From contig CM068761.1 of the NCBI GenBank assembly GCA_035084275.1, forward strand, positions 8,742,001 to 8,806,000: a DNA stretch of 64,000 nt. The letters run 5' to 3'. The DNA is from Hydrolagus colliei (lineage: Eukaryota). The translations under genes and the position numbers were made by a program. The notes under the pieces were generated by a model. It was given only the letters and a program-made list of their open reading frames with translations. It was not told where the DNA came from and did no database searches. Positions 50,503-62,809 of this stretch are shown one piece after another (the stretch's first letter is position 1; each line of letters opens with the position of its first letter).

Positions 50503-51307
50503 TCAGGAATGTGCAGCGCTGGTCGGTAAATTTCCCGACTGAAGGGAAGGAGCCATTTAGATTTGTTTTATGTATTTAAACTGGTAACAATGTTAGTAAC
50601 ATCGATGGTAACATCGTTTGCCTCAATTTTACACGGTATTCTCTTCATGTACACAAACAATAATAAAATATCTCTGCATTGTCCCCTGTGCCGTCACTCA
50701 TTTTGTTCCAGATTTTCTTTCCGATCAGTCAAACCATCAGATTTTCATCTTATTTTAATTATTCAGAGCAAAAGTGACATAAAAGAGTGACCATTTGATT
50801 AAATTAGAGACATGCTTACGGGAGGATCTGTTACATTTAGAGTAATTCATAGCAACTGGTTCCGTTATCTGTTGTGCGCTCCAGGGGCTTTGAGGCTGAA
50901 AACCTCACCTCGTGTCAGCCTGTAACATAATATGGTCTTTAAACTTTAACATTGTCTGCGATCCGAGGGAGGGGGGTGAGCACTTGAATTCAATCTTAAT
51001 TTGTAAGTCGCTTTTCCGTATTTTCAATAAAACAAACAATTTCCCAATTGAGACATTTCCACAATTCTGGTGCAATTTTAAATGTTACGACAAACTGGTG
51101 GATTTCATCTTCTGAGTTCGTTGTTCAGAAATGTTTGATTCCAACTTCCGCTCGGCAATGACGTTGCTAATTTATCAACATGAGCGGGTGTCGCTGTATC
51201 AACGGTTCAACGTTGCAAGTGGGTTACATTGATGTTTTCCCCTTTTTTTGCAAACTATAACATCGCTAAACATATATACACCTGATACTAAAGGTCGATA
51301 TTCAATA

Positions 51308-51560
51308 TCATAGAATCATAGAATACTACAGTACCGAATGAGGCCATTTGACTCGGTGTGTCTTGCTGGATCTTTAACAAGAGCAGTCCGAATCACTGCC
51401 ACTTCCCCCACTCTGTCCCAATAGCCATACAGCTGTCTCTACAAATAGTTATCTGTTTCTCTTTAGAGTTGTTATCGAACTGGCTTCTTCCACCCTTTCA
51501 GGTAATGCATTCCTGATCAGAACAACTCGCTGAATGAAAAATATTCTCCTCACATTCCCT
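51308..51560 (-). mobile_element. Short CR1 3' fragment, paralogue of 24957-25210
   Basis: atcatagaatcatagaat tail followed by gaatgaggccatttg. Confidence 0.65.
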
Positions 51561-52869
51561 CTTTTTCTTTTAACAAACTATTGAAAAACTACTTTCAATA
51601 TATTATTAAAGATTGGATTATTTATTTGGAGTATAAGAAGCCCAGAAACAACATGTTTTCAACAAATTCCACCTGATCGAGGTCAATATATACTTCAGAC
51701 TCAGGAAAAGTCAAAACATATGAATTACATAGTATGTGGTGAAGACATTATATACAGTAAATTTCGAGAGAAACTCTATGTCAATCCAGTTCCATCTTGG
51801 CCAAATCCACCGCTTTAGCTAAGTGCCAAAGACCAGATGTGGGGAGGATGGACAGCTGGGGGGTCGAATCAGGTGCCTAATTTACGCACTGGTTCAGTGA
51901 GTCTGAGGGAGAACCCAGGGAGCTTGATGAGTTTAGATATGCAGGAGTGAAGGAGTGGAAGCTAAAGAGTATTGCTTCTCCACATTCAACTGCATGAAGT
52001 GTGCGCTCAACCAGTCCCTGATGTCTGTCAGACAAGCTGAGAAAGCATCGGTGGACCTGGAGCTGAGATGGGAGGAGACACAATATAGTTCTGGGTGTGT
52101 GCTGCATTGTCAGAGGTGCTTCCTTCTTAGAAGTGTTAAACTAAAGTCCCAACTGCCTGTCCAGATGAATGTCAAGCATCTCATGGCAGTATTCCAAAAG
52201 AGAAGGAAACGGAGCTCAGTGTTCATGGCCAATTATTCCCCAAATAAAATTGATTTAAATCAATTATAACCCACAGAACACATGCTGCCACTTGACTTGA
52301 GAGTATACATTGTCAGGTGTATTGGGACATACTCAGAGGATAGAATTCAAAATGATTTCCTCACTTTCAAGGCCCTCCAGAGCCTTCCCCCTTTCTATCT
52401 CTCTTACCCCCTGATACCCAATCAACCTGTCTCCATTGAGGAGGCTCTGGCCTGCTCCATGTCTCTTGCCCTACCCGCTTTAGCATCAGCGGCTAAACAT
52501 TCAGCCTCTCTTCCCCCACTCTTTGGAACTCCAGCCTACAATCCCTTCACCTTGATGCATTCCATGCATCCTGCAAGACCCAACTCAACACCCTCCTTTT
52601 TGACGGTGCCTTCAGTCATCCTCCTCTAAGGATTCCGTGGCACTATTCCAAAAAAGGAGGAAATTTATATCAGTGTTCATGGCCAATGGTTCTCCAAATA
52701 AAATTGAACTAAGGCTATTATAACACAGAGAATACACACTGGCACTTCACAAGAGAGTATAGATTGTCAAATGTATTGGGACATCCTCCTAAAGCACTGG
52801 TCCTCAGAGGATAAAATTAAAAATCCCTGTCCACACTTTCAAGGCCCTCCACAGCCTTCCTCCTTTCAA

Positions 52870-55540
52870 AACAACAAGAACAGCAACTTTGATTTATATA
52901 GTGCCATCCACACCAGACGGCATCTCAAAGTGCTTCAGAACAATGGATCAAGGGAACCGAGCCAGGGGCAGGAGTAGAAAGGTGACCAAAGGCTCGGTCA
53001 AAGAGCAAGGTCTTTAGCTGGGATCTGAAACTGGGAAGAGAGTGGGTAAGGCGAAGGCAGTGAGGAAAGCAGTTCCAAAGCCTCGGGGTGTAGTGGCTGA
53101 AAGCATGGCCACCGAGGGTGGAGTGGAGGATTCAGGGGACACGGAGCAGGCCGGACTCGGTGGAGTGAAGGTAACGGGTGCTGGTTTGAGGAGAGAGGAG
53201 GTTGGAGAGGTAGGGCGTGCAGAGGAGTCCAGGGATTTGAAGACAAAGGTGAGGATCTTGAAATTAATCCTCTCTAGGAGGCAGTGAAGTCTGGCAAGGA
53301 CTGGAGTAATGGGGGAGCAAAGTTTGGTGCAGGTGAGAATGCGGACGGCACAGTTTTGAATGAGTTGGATTTTATGATTGTGGTGGAGGGGAGACCAGTG
53401 AGGAGGGCATTGGAATCGTCCAGCTGAGAGGTGACAAAGGCATGGACCAGGGTTTCAACAGCTTTTGAGTGAGATATTGCCAGAGACGGGCGATCCAGTA
53501 GAGGTGGAAGAAAGCGGTGCTGGTGAGGGATCGGATGTGGGGGAAGAAGAACAGTTGGGGGTCGAACCTGGTGCTCAGATTTCACACGGGTTCGGAGAGT
53601 TTTAGGGACAGGCCAGGAAGGTGGAGGAGGTAAGAGCTGTGCAACATGGAGACATTGACAAGAGCCAAAGAATATGGCTTCCATCTTGTCAACATTCAGC
53701 TGTAGGAAGTTTGCACTCATCCAGCTCCTGATGTCTGACAGGCAGGCTGACAGAACATCAGGGGACTGGTGGTCGGAAAGTGAGGTAGAGAAATAGAGTT
53801 GGGTATCATCCGCATAGAATCATAGAATCATAGAATCATAGAATTTTACGGCACAAAAGGAGGCCATTCGGCCCATCTAGTCTGTGCCGGCTCTTTGAAA
53901 AGAGCGATTCAATCCCACTGCCCTGCCCGCTCCCCATAGCCTAATAGACCCGTTCTCCCTAAATAAAGATCTAATTCCCTTTTAAAAGTTGTTATCGAAT
54001 CAGCCTCCACCACCTTTTCAGGCAATGCATTCCAGATTCGAACAACTCGCTGAGTGAAAAAATTTCTCCTCAGCTCCCCTCTACTGCGCCTTGAAACTAT
54101 TTTAAATCTGTGACCACGAGTCACAGATTCACCCACGAGTGGAAATAGTTTTTCTCTATTTGCCCTGTCGAAACCCCTCATGATCTTATAAACCTCTATT
54201 AGGTCTCCCCTCAATCTTCTCTGCTCCAGAGAGAATAATCCTAGCCTATCTAGCCTCTCCTCATAGCTGAAGTCACTCAATCCTGGCACCATCCTAGTAA
54301 ATCTTCTTTGTACCCTTTCCAATGCCTTCACATCCTTTCTGTAGTGTGGTGACCAGAATTGAACACAGTATTCCAGCTGAGGCCTCACCAAAGTCCTATA
54401 GAGGTTAGTCAGCACTTCCTGACTTTTGTACTCTATACCCCTATTTATAAAGCCTAGTATCCCATATGCCTTCTTAACAGCCTTGTCTACCTGTCCTGCC
54501 ACCTTCAACGAGTCACTAACACAAATCCCCAGGTCTCTCTGTTCCTTCACACCATTTAGAAATTGTACTATCTAGCCTATATTGCATACATGTGGAAGTG
54601 TACCCCATGTCTGCGCCCACATCCCAAAAGGGAGCATATAGATGAGGAAGAGAAGGGGGGCCAAGGATGGATCCTTGGGATACCCCGTAGGTAACCGGGT
54701 GAGAACGGGAAGAAAAGCCATTTGTGAAGATGCACTGATGGTAGGAGGTAGGACTCGAACCAGCCAGTTGTGGTCCCACTGAGGTGGATGATGGAGGACA
54801 GGCAGTGGAGGAGGATGGCATGGCCGACTGTATTGAACGCAGCAGACCCGTCCAGGAGGATAAGGAGGCCTGGTCACAGATAGAGAGGACATCGTTTGTA
54901 ACTTTCACAAGCGCAATCTCTGAATTATGGGCAGGGCCGAATCCAAACTGGAGGGGTTTGAAAAGGGAGTGGGAGGAGAGGTGGGAGCGGAGTTGGTTGG
55001 CAACAATGCTTTTGAGTGCTTTGGCAAGGAAAGGCAGGTTTGAAATAGGGATCTGGGAAAGGTTGTTTTAGGAAGGGGGTGATGGCAGCACTTTTCAGGG
55101 GGTCAGGGACTGATCGTGTGTAGAGTGATTGGTTGATGATGTCAGCTAGCAGTGGGCAGAGGAGGGGGAGCTGGGTGACCAGTAAGTTGGTTGGAAGAGG
55201 ATCAAGGTAGAAGTTGGTGGGCTTCATAGAGGTCATGGTGCGTGAGAGGGAGGAAGGAGAGATGGGGAGAATGAATGTAGGAAGGGGAGCATGGTAGGAG
55301 CTGATGCCGGGGAGGGTGAGGGAGACATAATGGGGGTGTTGGTTGTGGTCGACGAGAAGCAGAAGAATGAGGCTGCCTGGTGAATGTTTTGGATTTTGGA
55401 GGAGAAGAAGTTCATGACCTCCTCGCACTTCGCATTTGAAGTGAAGATTGAAGATGCCTGAGGGGGCGCACGGAGGAGGTGGTGGGTGGTGGGAAAAAGG
55501 ACTTTTGAGTTGTGTTTTGCCTGCAGGATGATACCTCTCT
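52870..55540 (-). mobile_element. Long degenerate L2 LINE (RT to 3' end) interrupted by a CR1
   Basis: LDPLPTNLLVTQLP, MKVTNDVL, FHMYA|DDTQL split by the insertion, NFLQLNVDKMEAI, LVHAFVTSQLDDSNALL. Confidence 0.82.
53817..54583 (-). mobile_element. 5'-truncated CR1 LINE with an uninterrupted 213-aa ORF2 C-terminus
   Basis: ORF 53909-54550 (RDLGI, VRPQLEYCVQFWSPH, ALERVQRRFTRMV, LFSLEQRRLRGDLIEVYKI, FFTQRVVRIWNALP); (CATAGAAT)4 tail at 53813-53844; flanked by GCATA. Confidence 0.92.
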
Positions 55541-55559
55541 TACCTCTCCTACCCGCTGA

Positions 55560-55850
55560 CACCTTATCAATCTGTCTCCATTCAGCAGGCTCTGGCCTGC
55601 TCCATGTCTCCTGCCCGACCCGCTCTATCATCGGTCGCTGAGCTTTCAGCCTCTTTGCCCCCACCCTTTGGAATTCCAGCCTAGAATCCCTTCGCCTTGA
55701 TCCCTTCCATGCATTCTTCAAGGCCCAACTCAAGACCCTTCTTTTCGACCGTGCCTTCAGTCGTCCTCTTATCTCTCCCATACCATCACTTCTCCCCCAC
55801 AACCCCACTCTCACCCCCATGCTGACTGTTCAGTGCCTTGAAATTTTGTT
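55560..55850 (+). mobile_element. L2 3' tail fragment
   Basis: gagctttcagcctctttgcccccaccctttggaattcc...ttcaaggcccaactcaagacccttcttttcgaccgtgccttc. Confidence 0.65.
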
Positions 55851-56780
55851 TTGTTGTTGTGACCGGTACGCATTCTGCTAATGCTGCCACAATATCTACA
55901 AGTTGTTGTTGTTTTTATTTCCCGGCATTTTGGGACATCAGCCCTACATGAAAGATCTACATAAATCAAATTTGTTGTTGTTGTTAGATGAAGAAGTGTG
56001 GTTGAAATGCAATACTGAAAAGATAAAAAGGAAAGGATTCACAGAAAATTAACTCACAAGAGCCAGACACAAAACCAATTGCACAAAAAGAGAGTGGATA
56101 AGGATAGAAAGATCAGAGATAGAAAGTGAGGGAGAGAAAACTACGAAGCCATATGGATCCATCCTGGCATAACCACTTTATTTATTGTTTGATATATTCA
56201 CATGAATTTTTTTGAATTGAACATCTACAGTTGCAAATGTGAAACGAACCACTAGACATAGTGATATGAAATTGGCCGAGAAATCGCCTTGAATGAATTC
56301 AGTGTGATTGTTCCTATGAATGTCATCTCTATGACCTCTCTGATTTGTGGGCTTTCATTAATGCTTGCTGGGAAATGCGTGTTAACTCTTCCAAATCCAT
56401 GACAAGTCGGATGGATTGTTAGCAGAGAGAAAACTTTGTTCTCTTGATTTTTAGCTGAGTTCAGATACAGACACATATTTTTCAGGAAAACTGTTGTCAT
56501 TTCAGCTGCTCTACCCATGTCTGCATACAACAATAATAATAACACCTTACATTGGTGAAGCATCTTTCATGTTGGGAGGATGCCAAGAGTAATGTAAACA
56601 TTTTTCTGCATAGACAGAATAGAAATTAAAGTAAAACTTTGTTTATCTGGTACCCAACCAAACGGCATACTCAACCAACCAGTATCTCTCAATACAATTC
56701 ACCATTCCAGCAATCAGATCTCATACCGTAGCAGTCAGGGACACTCACGGTATCCTCACTGTAAGTGTGCGTGGGGCATG

Positions 56781-56850
56781 CGGGGCTGGCGCTACCTTTA
56801 GGCGAACTAGGCGGTTGCCTAGGGCCAAAATTTGGGGAGCGCTGGCCCTG
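56781..56850. mobile_element. 70-bp hAT-like MITE
   Basis: CGGGGCTGGCGC ... GCGCTGGCCCTG inverted ends; related to 28190-28278. Confidence 0.5.
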
Positions 56851-57969
56851 ATCAGCATACTAACAACTGCAATGGTTGGGGGACAGTACCTGAATTTTGC
56901 CCTCCTCTTGCTCTCTGTACTAACGGTCCCCGCCAGTCACATCAACTCAGCATCCCGTTGGTTGCCACTTGCATCAATCAGACAGGAGCCGTTCACGCCC
57001 TGTTAGGGTGAGTTCACTTTAATGGCCTGCCCTCAAGGCTGCTCGTGCCCTTTGCTATTGACCCAATCAATTGATAAGGTTACTTCAAGGTTACAATTTC
57101 AATACATGATCGAATATTTGAGCAACAGATTTACAGTATTAATTAACTTGTGCTTCTACAAATAAGTAATATGAATATATAATAGTACAACAATAACAGC
57201 TTGGACTTATAGAGAGCCTTTCAAGTAGAAAAATATCTCAAAGCAGTTGACAGAGCAAAGCATGGGCTTCAGCGAGCTAAGAGATAGGAAGGGTACTAGG
57301 AGAGTTGAGATTTCTGATTCCGAGAATTCCAATGATGACCAACAATCCTTATAGGTATAATTAAGTTTAATGTTTGATGTAGGTATAAATCATAGTTATT
57401 AGATACCGTAATCACAACACAAAGTATTAGTCTTAAGATATAATAATGAGGGTAACGAGCATAAGTATAAGTCACATAAAAGATATCTAAGTATACTACC
57501 AGGTTCACACTACACTCAGCTGAGAAGTTGTGAAGAGGTTCTATACTCACAGCTGGAACCATTGCACACCCTTGCCTGCTGCTCGAGCCTCGTTCTTTTT
57601 TTCCTACCTCAAAACTTCTCCAATTATACTCTTTTTCCCAGACTTCGACCCTCACTGTAGATTAATTCAGTGGGACAAAGTTCTCTATCATATCTCGAAG
57701 GTGATGGAGTATCTACCCTTTCTTATCAACCGGGGTCAGGGTCCCATACTCCAATTTGTTCCCTGCGGAATGCAATCTGGTCCTGGCCAAAACTACGTAA
57801 TTTCACTATGTTTATACATTTGTTTGTTATATTTGGATACAGAATGATACCTATAAATACATGTTATGTCTAAACCTGTTTTTCCCAACAGGAGGGAGAT
57901 GACCAAAGGTGGATTTGGGGAAGGGTTTTGAAAGCAGAGAGGGAGTGTGGAAGGGAGAATGCTTTACGG

Positions 57970-58759
57970 TAGGGTCCGATATATCGCTAAAACCTGATAT
58001 AATTTTCATATAGATACGCCGATCTGGGCATTTCAAAAATATCAATATATCGAAAAAATCGATATATCGAGGGAAAAAATCAGAATGCGCGTACACTGAA
58101 CTACCAGAACGCAGACCGAAGTGCAAAGCCGCACAGGTATGCAAGGGGTGAGGGGAGAGAGATGGCTGGGTGGGGTGGGGGTGAGGGGGAGAGAGATGGC
58201 TGGGGGGTGGGGGTGAGGGGGAGAGAGATGCCTGGTGGGTGGGAGTGGGAGAGAGACGGCTGGGGGAGGGGAGGGAGAGAAAGATGGTGGGGGGGAGGGT
58301 GAGAGAGACGGCAGGGGGGGAGGGGGAGAGAGACGGCTGGGGGGGATGGGGGGGGAGAGAGACGGCGGGGGTGGGTGGGTGGGAGAGAGGGACGGCGGCG
58401 GGGGGGCGGGAGGAGAGAAGGACGGCGGCGGCGGGGGGGGGGGGGGGGTGTGGGGGGAGAGATGGGGTAGATGTGATAATATACAGATAGATAGATAGAG
58501 ATGGGAGGGATGTGAGACAGGAGAGAGACACAAAGACACAGACAGAAAAACACAGAGATGGAGAGAGGGAGTGTGAGAGACACAAAGAAAGATATTTGCC
58601 TCCTGAGGAAATAGGCCCCGAATACGCGCGCACTCCGAATGCGCACGCTGCGCGCGCATGCGCAGTACGAACAACCCGAAAATATCGATATTTCGGTATA
58701 TCTCGATATGAGCCCATTGATATATCTAAATCGGAAAATTTCCATATCGACGGACCCTA
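57970..58759. mobile_element. hAT-like non-autonomous transposon with a G-rich core
   Basis: Termini TAGGGTCCG ... CGGACCCTA; 8-bp flanks CTTTACGG / CTTTGTGG (6/8); many subterminal ATATCG repeats; G/A-rich interior at 58140-58590. Confidence 0.78.
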
Positions 58760-59523
58760 CTTTGTGGTGACATTTTCAGAGAGCAAAGAGGTGAAAATTG
58801 TATTCACCCATGCTGGGGTGGAAGGAGTGAGTACATGTGCAGGTAGATACGGGATTGCAATAAAAAGTAAGTGAGCTGCAGAACTCCGAATAATTTGATG
58901 ATAAAAATTGGATCTCTTACGTCAGGAGAATACAAAAATGAAACTTAAAGGTGATAAAGGAATGGGTCGGGTTGGAGCTGTGTTATTGTGAGGAAGATAC
59001 AGAATCAGGTAATATTCTGAAGGTGGGGAAAAACAGACTTGATCAATGACTGGATGAAAGTTTTGTGGAAATTATGTTGAAGGGAGTTTAAGACTTTAAG
59101 ACAGCAGCGTTCCTGGGATCAATACAAATCAATTATGTGTTGCAAGTGTAGGAATGGTTTACACATGTATTCCATAGTTCGTAAAAGATCTTATCCCGTA
59201 TGCTACAATCAATTATATCTGATACACTACTTTATTCTTTGTGAACCAAACCACTTCGTGTTTTGTAAAGTTATTGAGTACATGTTTGTTCAGCTGTGTG
59301 CTGAGCTCAATGGTGAATACTCAGGGTGAATATGAGCTTGAAATTTGCAACAGAGTGATAGCATAATATTAGCACAATATAACCCAATTGTTTCAGACAG
59401 AAAGAAGACATTCGCATCACTGTTCAAAAGAGTGCAAAGGTTGGAAATCCAGTAAAGAACGTCTGACAAGTCAAACAACTATCTATTGGGTTTGATAGCA
59501 TATAATTTAGTTGCATAATGTGT

Positions 59524-60105
59524 TCACATTGCATTCTCAAAGGTATCTTCTTGTGGAGTTAAAATGGCTGCCTTGGAAAAACCTTCAAATTTCCTGAGAA
59601 ATATGATCACGAGTATCAAAAGAATGGCTTGAATGATAATAAAGATGAAGAGTCCAATCTGACAAATCAGAGCAACTGTACAGTACCATTTCTGACAGGT
59701 GGGGACAATCTCATCTTCTGTTAGATACAAGATCCGTCTATCACGAAGCTCAACTGGCAGATAACACTTTATATTCTTATCCTGCAAACTTCTTTCTTGA
59801 TTAAGGAGCCAGGATCGCAGGTACAATATATTACAATCGCATACCCATGGGTTATCATCCAGTGAAATCGACCTCAGGTGTTGCAAGTTGTCAAACAGTC
59901 CATTGGGGATGGAGAATAACTTGTTGTTGTTCAGCCTGATCTCTGTTGTAGTGGCTTCAAAGTGCTTGGGGAGAGTGCTGAGGTTTAGCATTTGTCCACT
60001 GCAATCAACAGTGTTGTCGGAACACCTGCAAGGTTCCAAACACTGAAACACAGCCATTGGGATCAGAGACAGGATGAGGAAAATGCTTTGTGGTCTGATC
60101 ATCAT
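59524..60105 (-). CDS. GP1BB: Platelet/thrombocyte glycoprotein Ib beta chain-like: signal peptide, LRRNT, one LRR, LRRCT, TM, short tail; 193 aa
   Basis: CxxPCxC...VDC, LNNNKLFSIPNGLFDNL, NPWVCDC...LRSWL. VDCSGQMLNLSTLPKHF..TTEIRL, LRDRRILYLTEDEI and CTVALICQIGL align by eye better to recalled human GP1BB than to GP9. A ctaac...tttcag acceptor lies immediately before the ATG, so an upstream exon is likely. Confidence 0.82.
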   Translation of the reverse strand: MMIRPQSIFLILSLIPMAVFQCLEPCRCSDNTVDCSGQMLNLSTLPKHFEATTTEIRLNNNKLFSIPNGLFDNLQHLRSISLDDNPWVCDCNILYLRSWLLNQERSLQDKNIKCYLPVELRDRRILYLTEDEIVPTCQKWYCTVALICQIGLFIFIIIQAILLILVIIFLRKFEGFSKAAILTPQEDTFENAM

Positions 60106-62809
60106 CTGAAATATAGTTAGCTGTCTGCAAAATTAAAAAATCGGGCTTAAGTAATTGTAACCACACAACTTGAGGAAAATACTTTTACAACATGGACAAC
60201 TATAACCATTAGGCTCTTTAATTTACAGGGTTAAAGACATGTCAAATCGATTGAAAAGGCAAAAGTTAAACAGTTAATCAGGTTGTAACATACTTGGCTG
60301 ATAGATGTATCTCATGGAGCAAACTCAATCCTTCCTATAAGTGATTTTTATACTGGGAGAAAGAGTATTCAAGTTATCTTTGGTAAGGTTCTAATTCCGA
60401 GTCCATGGTCAACCATAATGCAGGGAAATTACTACATCTTGCATGAGGGAAATTACTACATTTCCCTCATGCAAGAGCATGAGGGAAATGTAGTAATTGT
60501 ACAGCGAGGTAGGAAGAAGCAAACTATCTGTGGTATCAATTTGGGAACTGAATGTTTACCTGAAATAAAGTATCTCCTTCATAAATATGCCAGCAAATTC
60601 ATTATGATACAAAATTACTCAAATTTTAACATGGTTCTATCACTTTGAAAGAGCACTTCTTAAAACAATTCATAGATAATTATTGTCAAACATAGTGCCT
60701 ACTTGGCAAGCCAGCACCATCAAGTGTTGGATGTCCTCCTGGTGTGGAAGGGGCTATATACAGTAAATTTAAACATTTATTGTACTTTTGTAGGCATACG
60801 TGACCCATCTATTTGCTTTCACGAGATCCTACTAACTGCCACGAGGTGATTAATCAATTATTTTCTCAATAATCTCAGATCTTGCTAGTCAAAGTATAAA
60901 CAGAGACCAAAGAAATAGTGTAGGCAGTAATATTTAGTCCAACTAGCTACGCAATATGAATCCCTGCCTGCAAATATGAATATACAAAGAGGAAGAAAGA
61001 ATGCGTAAAGAAATGAAAAGGGTTGTTTTACCAAGAGAAACCACTTACCAGTAGATGCAACCACCCTTTGTTTTGCATAACTCATCATTCCCAAACCCTT
61101 ATATACTTTCCATATGGTTCGTGGGCATGTCAGATGACTCAATCCTTATTACTGGCTAATGAACGAGTTATCATTGTATTGATTCACACATAACTCAGTT
61201 AAGAAATCTGAAATGTTTACCAATTTACTTAGAGGACTTTTTTATATTCTCCTTTCACATCCCAGTTGTCAATAATTCAATAATTAATTTGAGAAACCCT
61301 AAATAGTATCACAAACTTTCATATACAATGTAGCTAAAAATAAACCTCAGTCTATCATAATGAAATGTCTCAATTACCTTTAAATGTCCTCCGGAATGCG
61401 TAATTGCACTTCACAATGAACGTCCTTCGTATCTGTTTAAATAAAAGTGAATCTGAGTTTATATTGTAGAAAATTATACACAGGAGGCATGCAAATACAA
61501 TATAACTCATTAAATCCTCTTGAACTCGGATCAAATTTAGTGATCATACCTCCTTCAAGGTTCGGGGCTACTTAAGGGGCTAACTCTGTTGCTGCTGATA
61601 AAAGGACCACATCATCAGATAAAAACCAACAGGACAAACACATAAACTCAGAAATGACCAATAAGATGTACAGAAAGTGCACTGCATCAGAATGTTGTGA
61701 CATTGCAGATAACAAAATAGCATCGGGTCCTATGGTTATTTGCATTTGTTTTGGTTAAAATACACAAACTCACATCTCTGATACCGAACCTGATTTTATT
61801 CCTAATCAACTAGAGAGACAAATGAATCTCATTCAGTTAGCACTGCAAATCGTTGGGCTTCGCATTTGTACTGAGTAATGTTCAAAATTATTTGTATTTG
61901 AACTAAGAAAAATAATACATCAATGATCAATTACAACTGGGAAATGTATCTGATGTTAATAATAATAATAATCCTTGCATTTGTTACGGCACATTATCAT
62001 CGTTGTTGAGACACCTCAAAATGTTTCACATACAAGATACGTTGCTAAAGTGGCTTGACAATCTATTTTGTGGTTGAAACATAGCATTCAATTGCATATG
62101 TTAAGCACATAACTGCTGAACAAGTATTTGTTAAAAACTACTAACATGGTTAGTGGAGCAAACAAGCAATCTTGTTTATATTTCTCCAATTTTAGATTAA
62201 ATAATAATTTCAAAAGAAATGCCCAATGAATGACCCTCAGCCATAAACCCAGACACTATATTCTATTGTCCGCACACAGAATGAAATATTTTGTTGACAT
62301 GCATGACACATCTATTAGAACATTGCTGAATACCGTCCCAAGTGTATAAGACAATTTGAGTATAGAAATGGGAGCAATCCTCATCTTTTCACTTTTGTAA
62401 AAAGAGAAGTAGAGGCTTTTAGACGAGGTTGGATTTTGGCAGCAGAGCAGTGGTGTTGCATATGAGTTTGCATATTTATTCTGAGTTTATCTCTGCCAAC
62501 CTCCCGGACAACTCATTATCAGGGCATGGCAGGGGAGTATGCCTGAGGCTTAGCCATGTTTGCAAAACATTGTCAGTTCAGTTGAATTGGAAAACTAGAT
62601 TAGATTCGTGGAAAACTAGTTGCAAGTAAAGCAAGCTAATTCTGTGATAGTACTGCATCTGCTTTTACAATTCAAAGTATTTCGGAAAAAAAAGAGTCAC
62701 TCAAATATTGTATAAAATGGAAATGTAAGCTTGGATGTGACATGTTGAAACACTTAATTAATTGAAACGATAATCATAGAACGTTAGGAAATAATAATAT
62801 CAAATAATA

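Noticed and set aside
57851-58745. Proline-rich ORFs of 288, 214 and 210 aa
   Set aside because: Open in three frames through the G-rich core of a MITE; no domain signature.
59524-60105. Assignment as GP9 or a VLR-like receptor
   Set aside because: Spacing after VDC, the LYLTEDEI segment, the juxtamembrane Cys and the TM Gln fit GP1BB better; the TM with cytoplasmic tail and single LRR is not a VLR layout.
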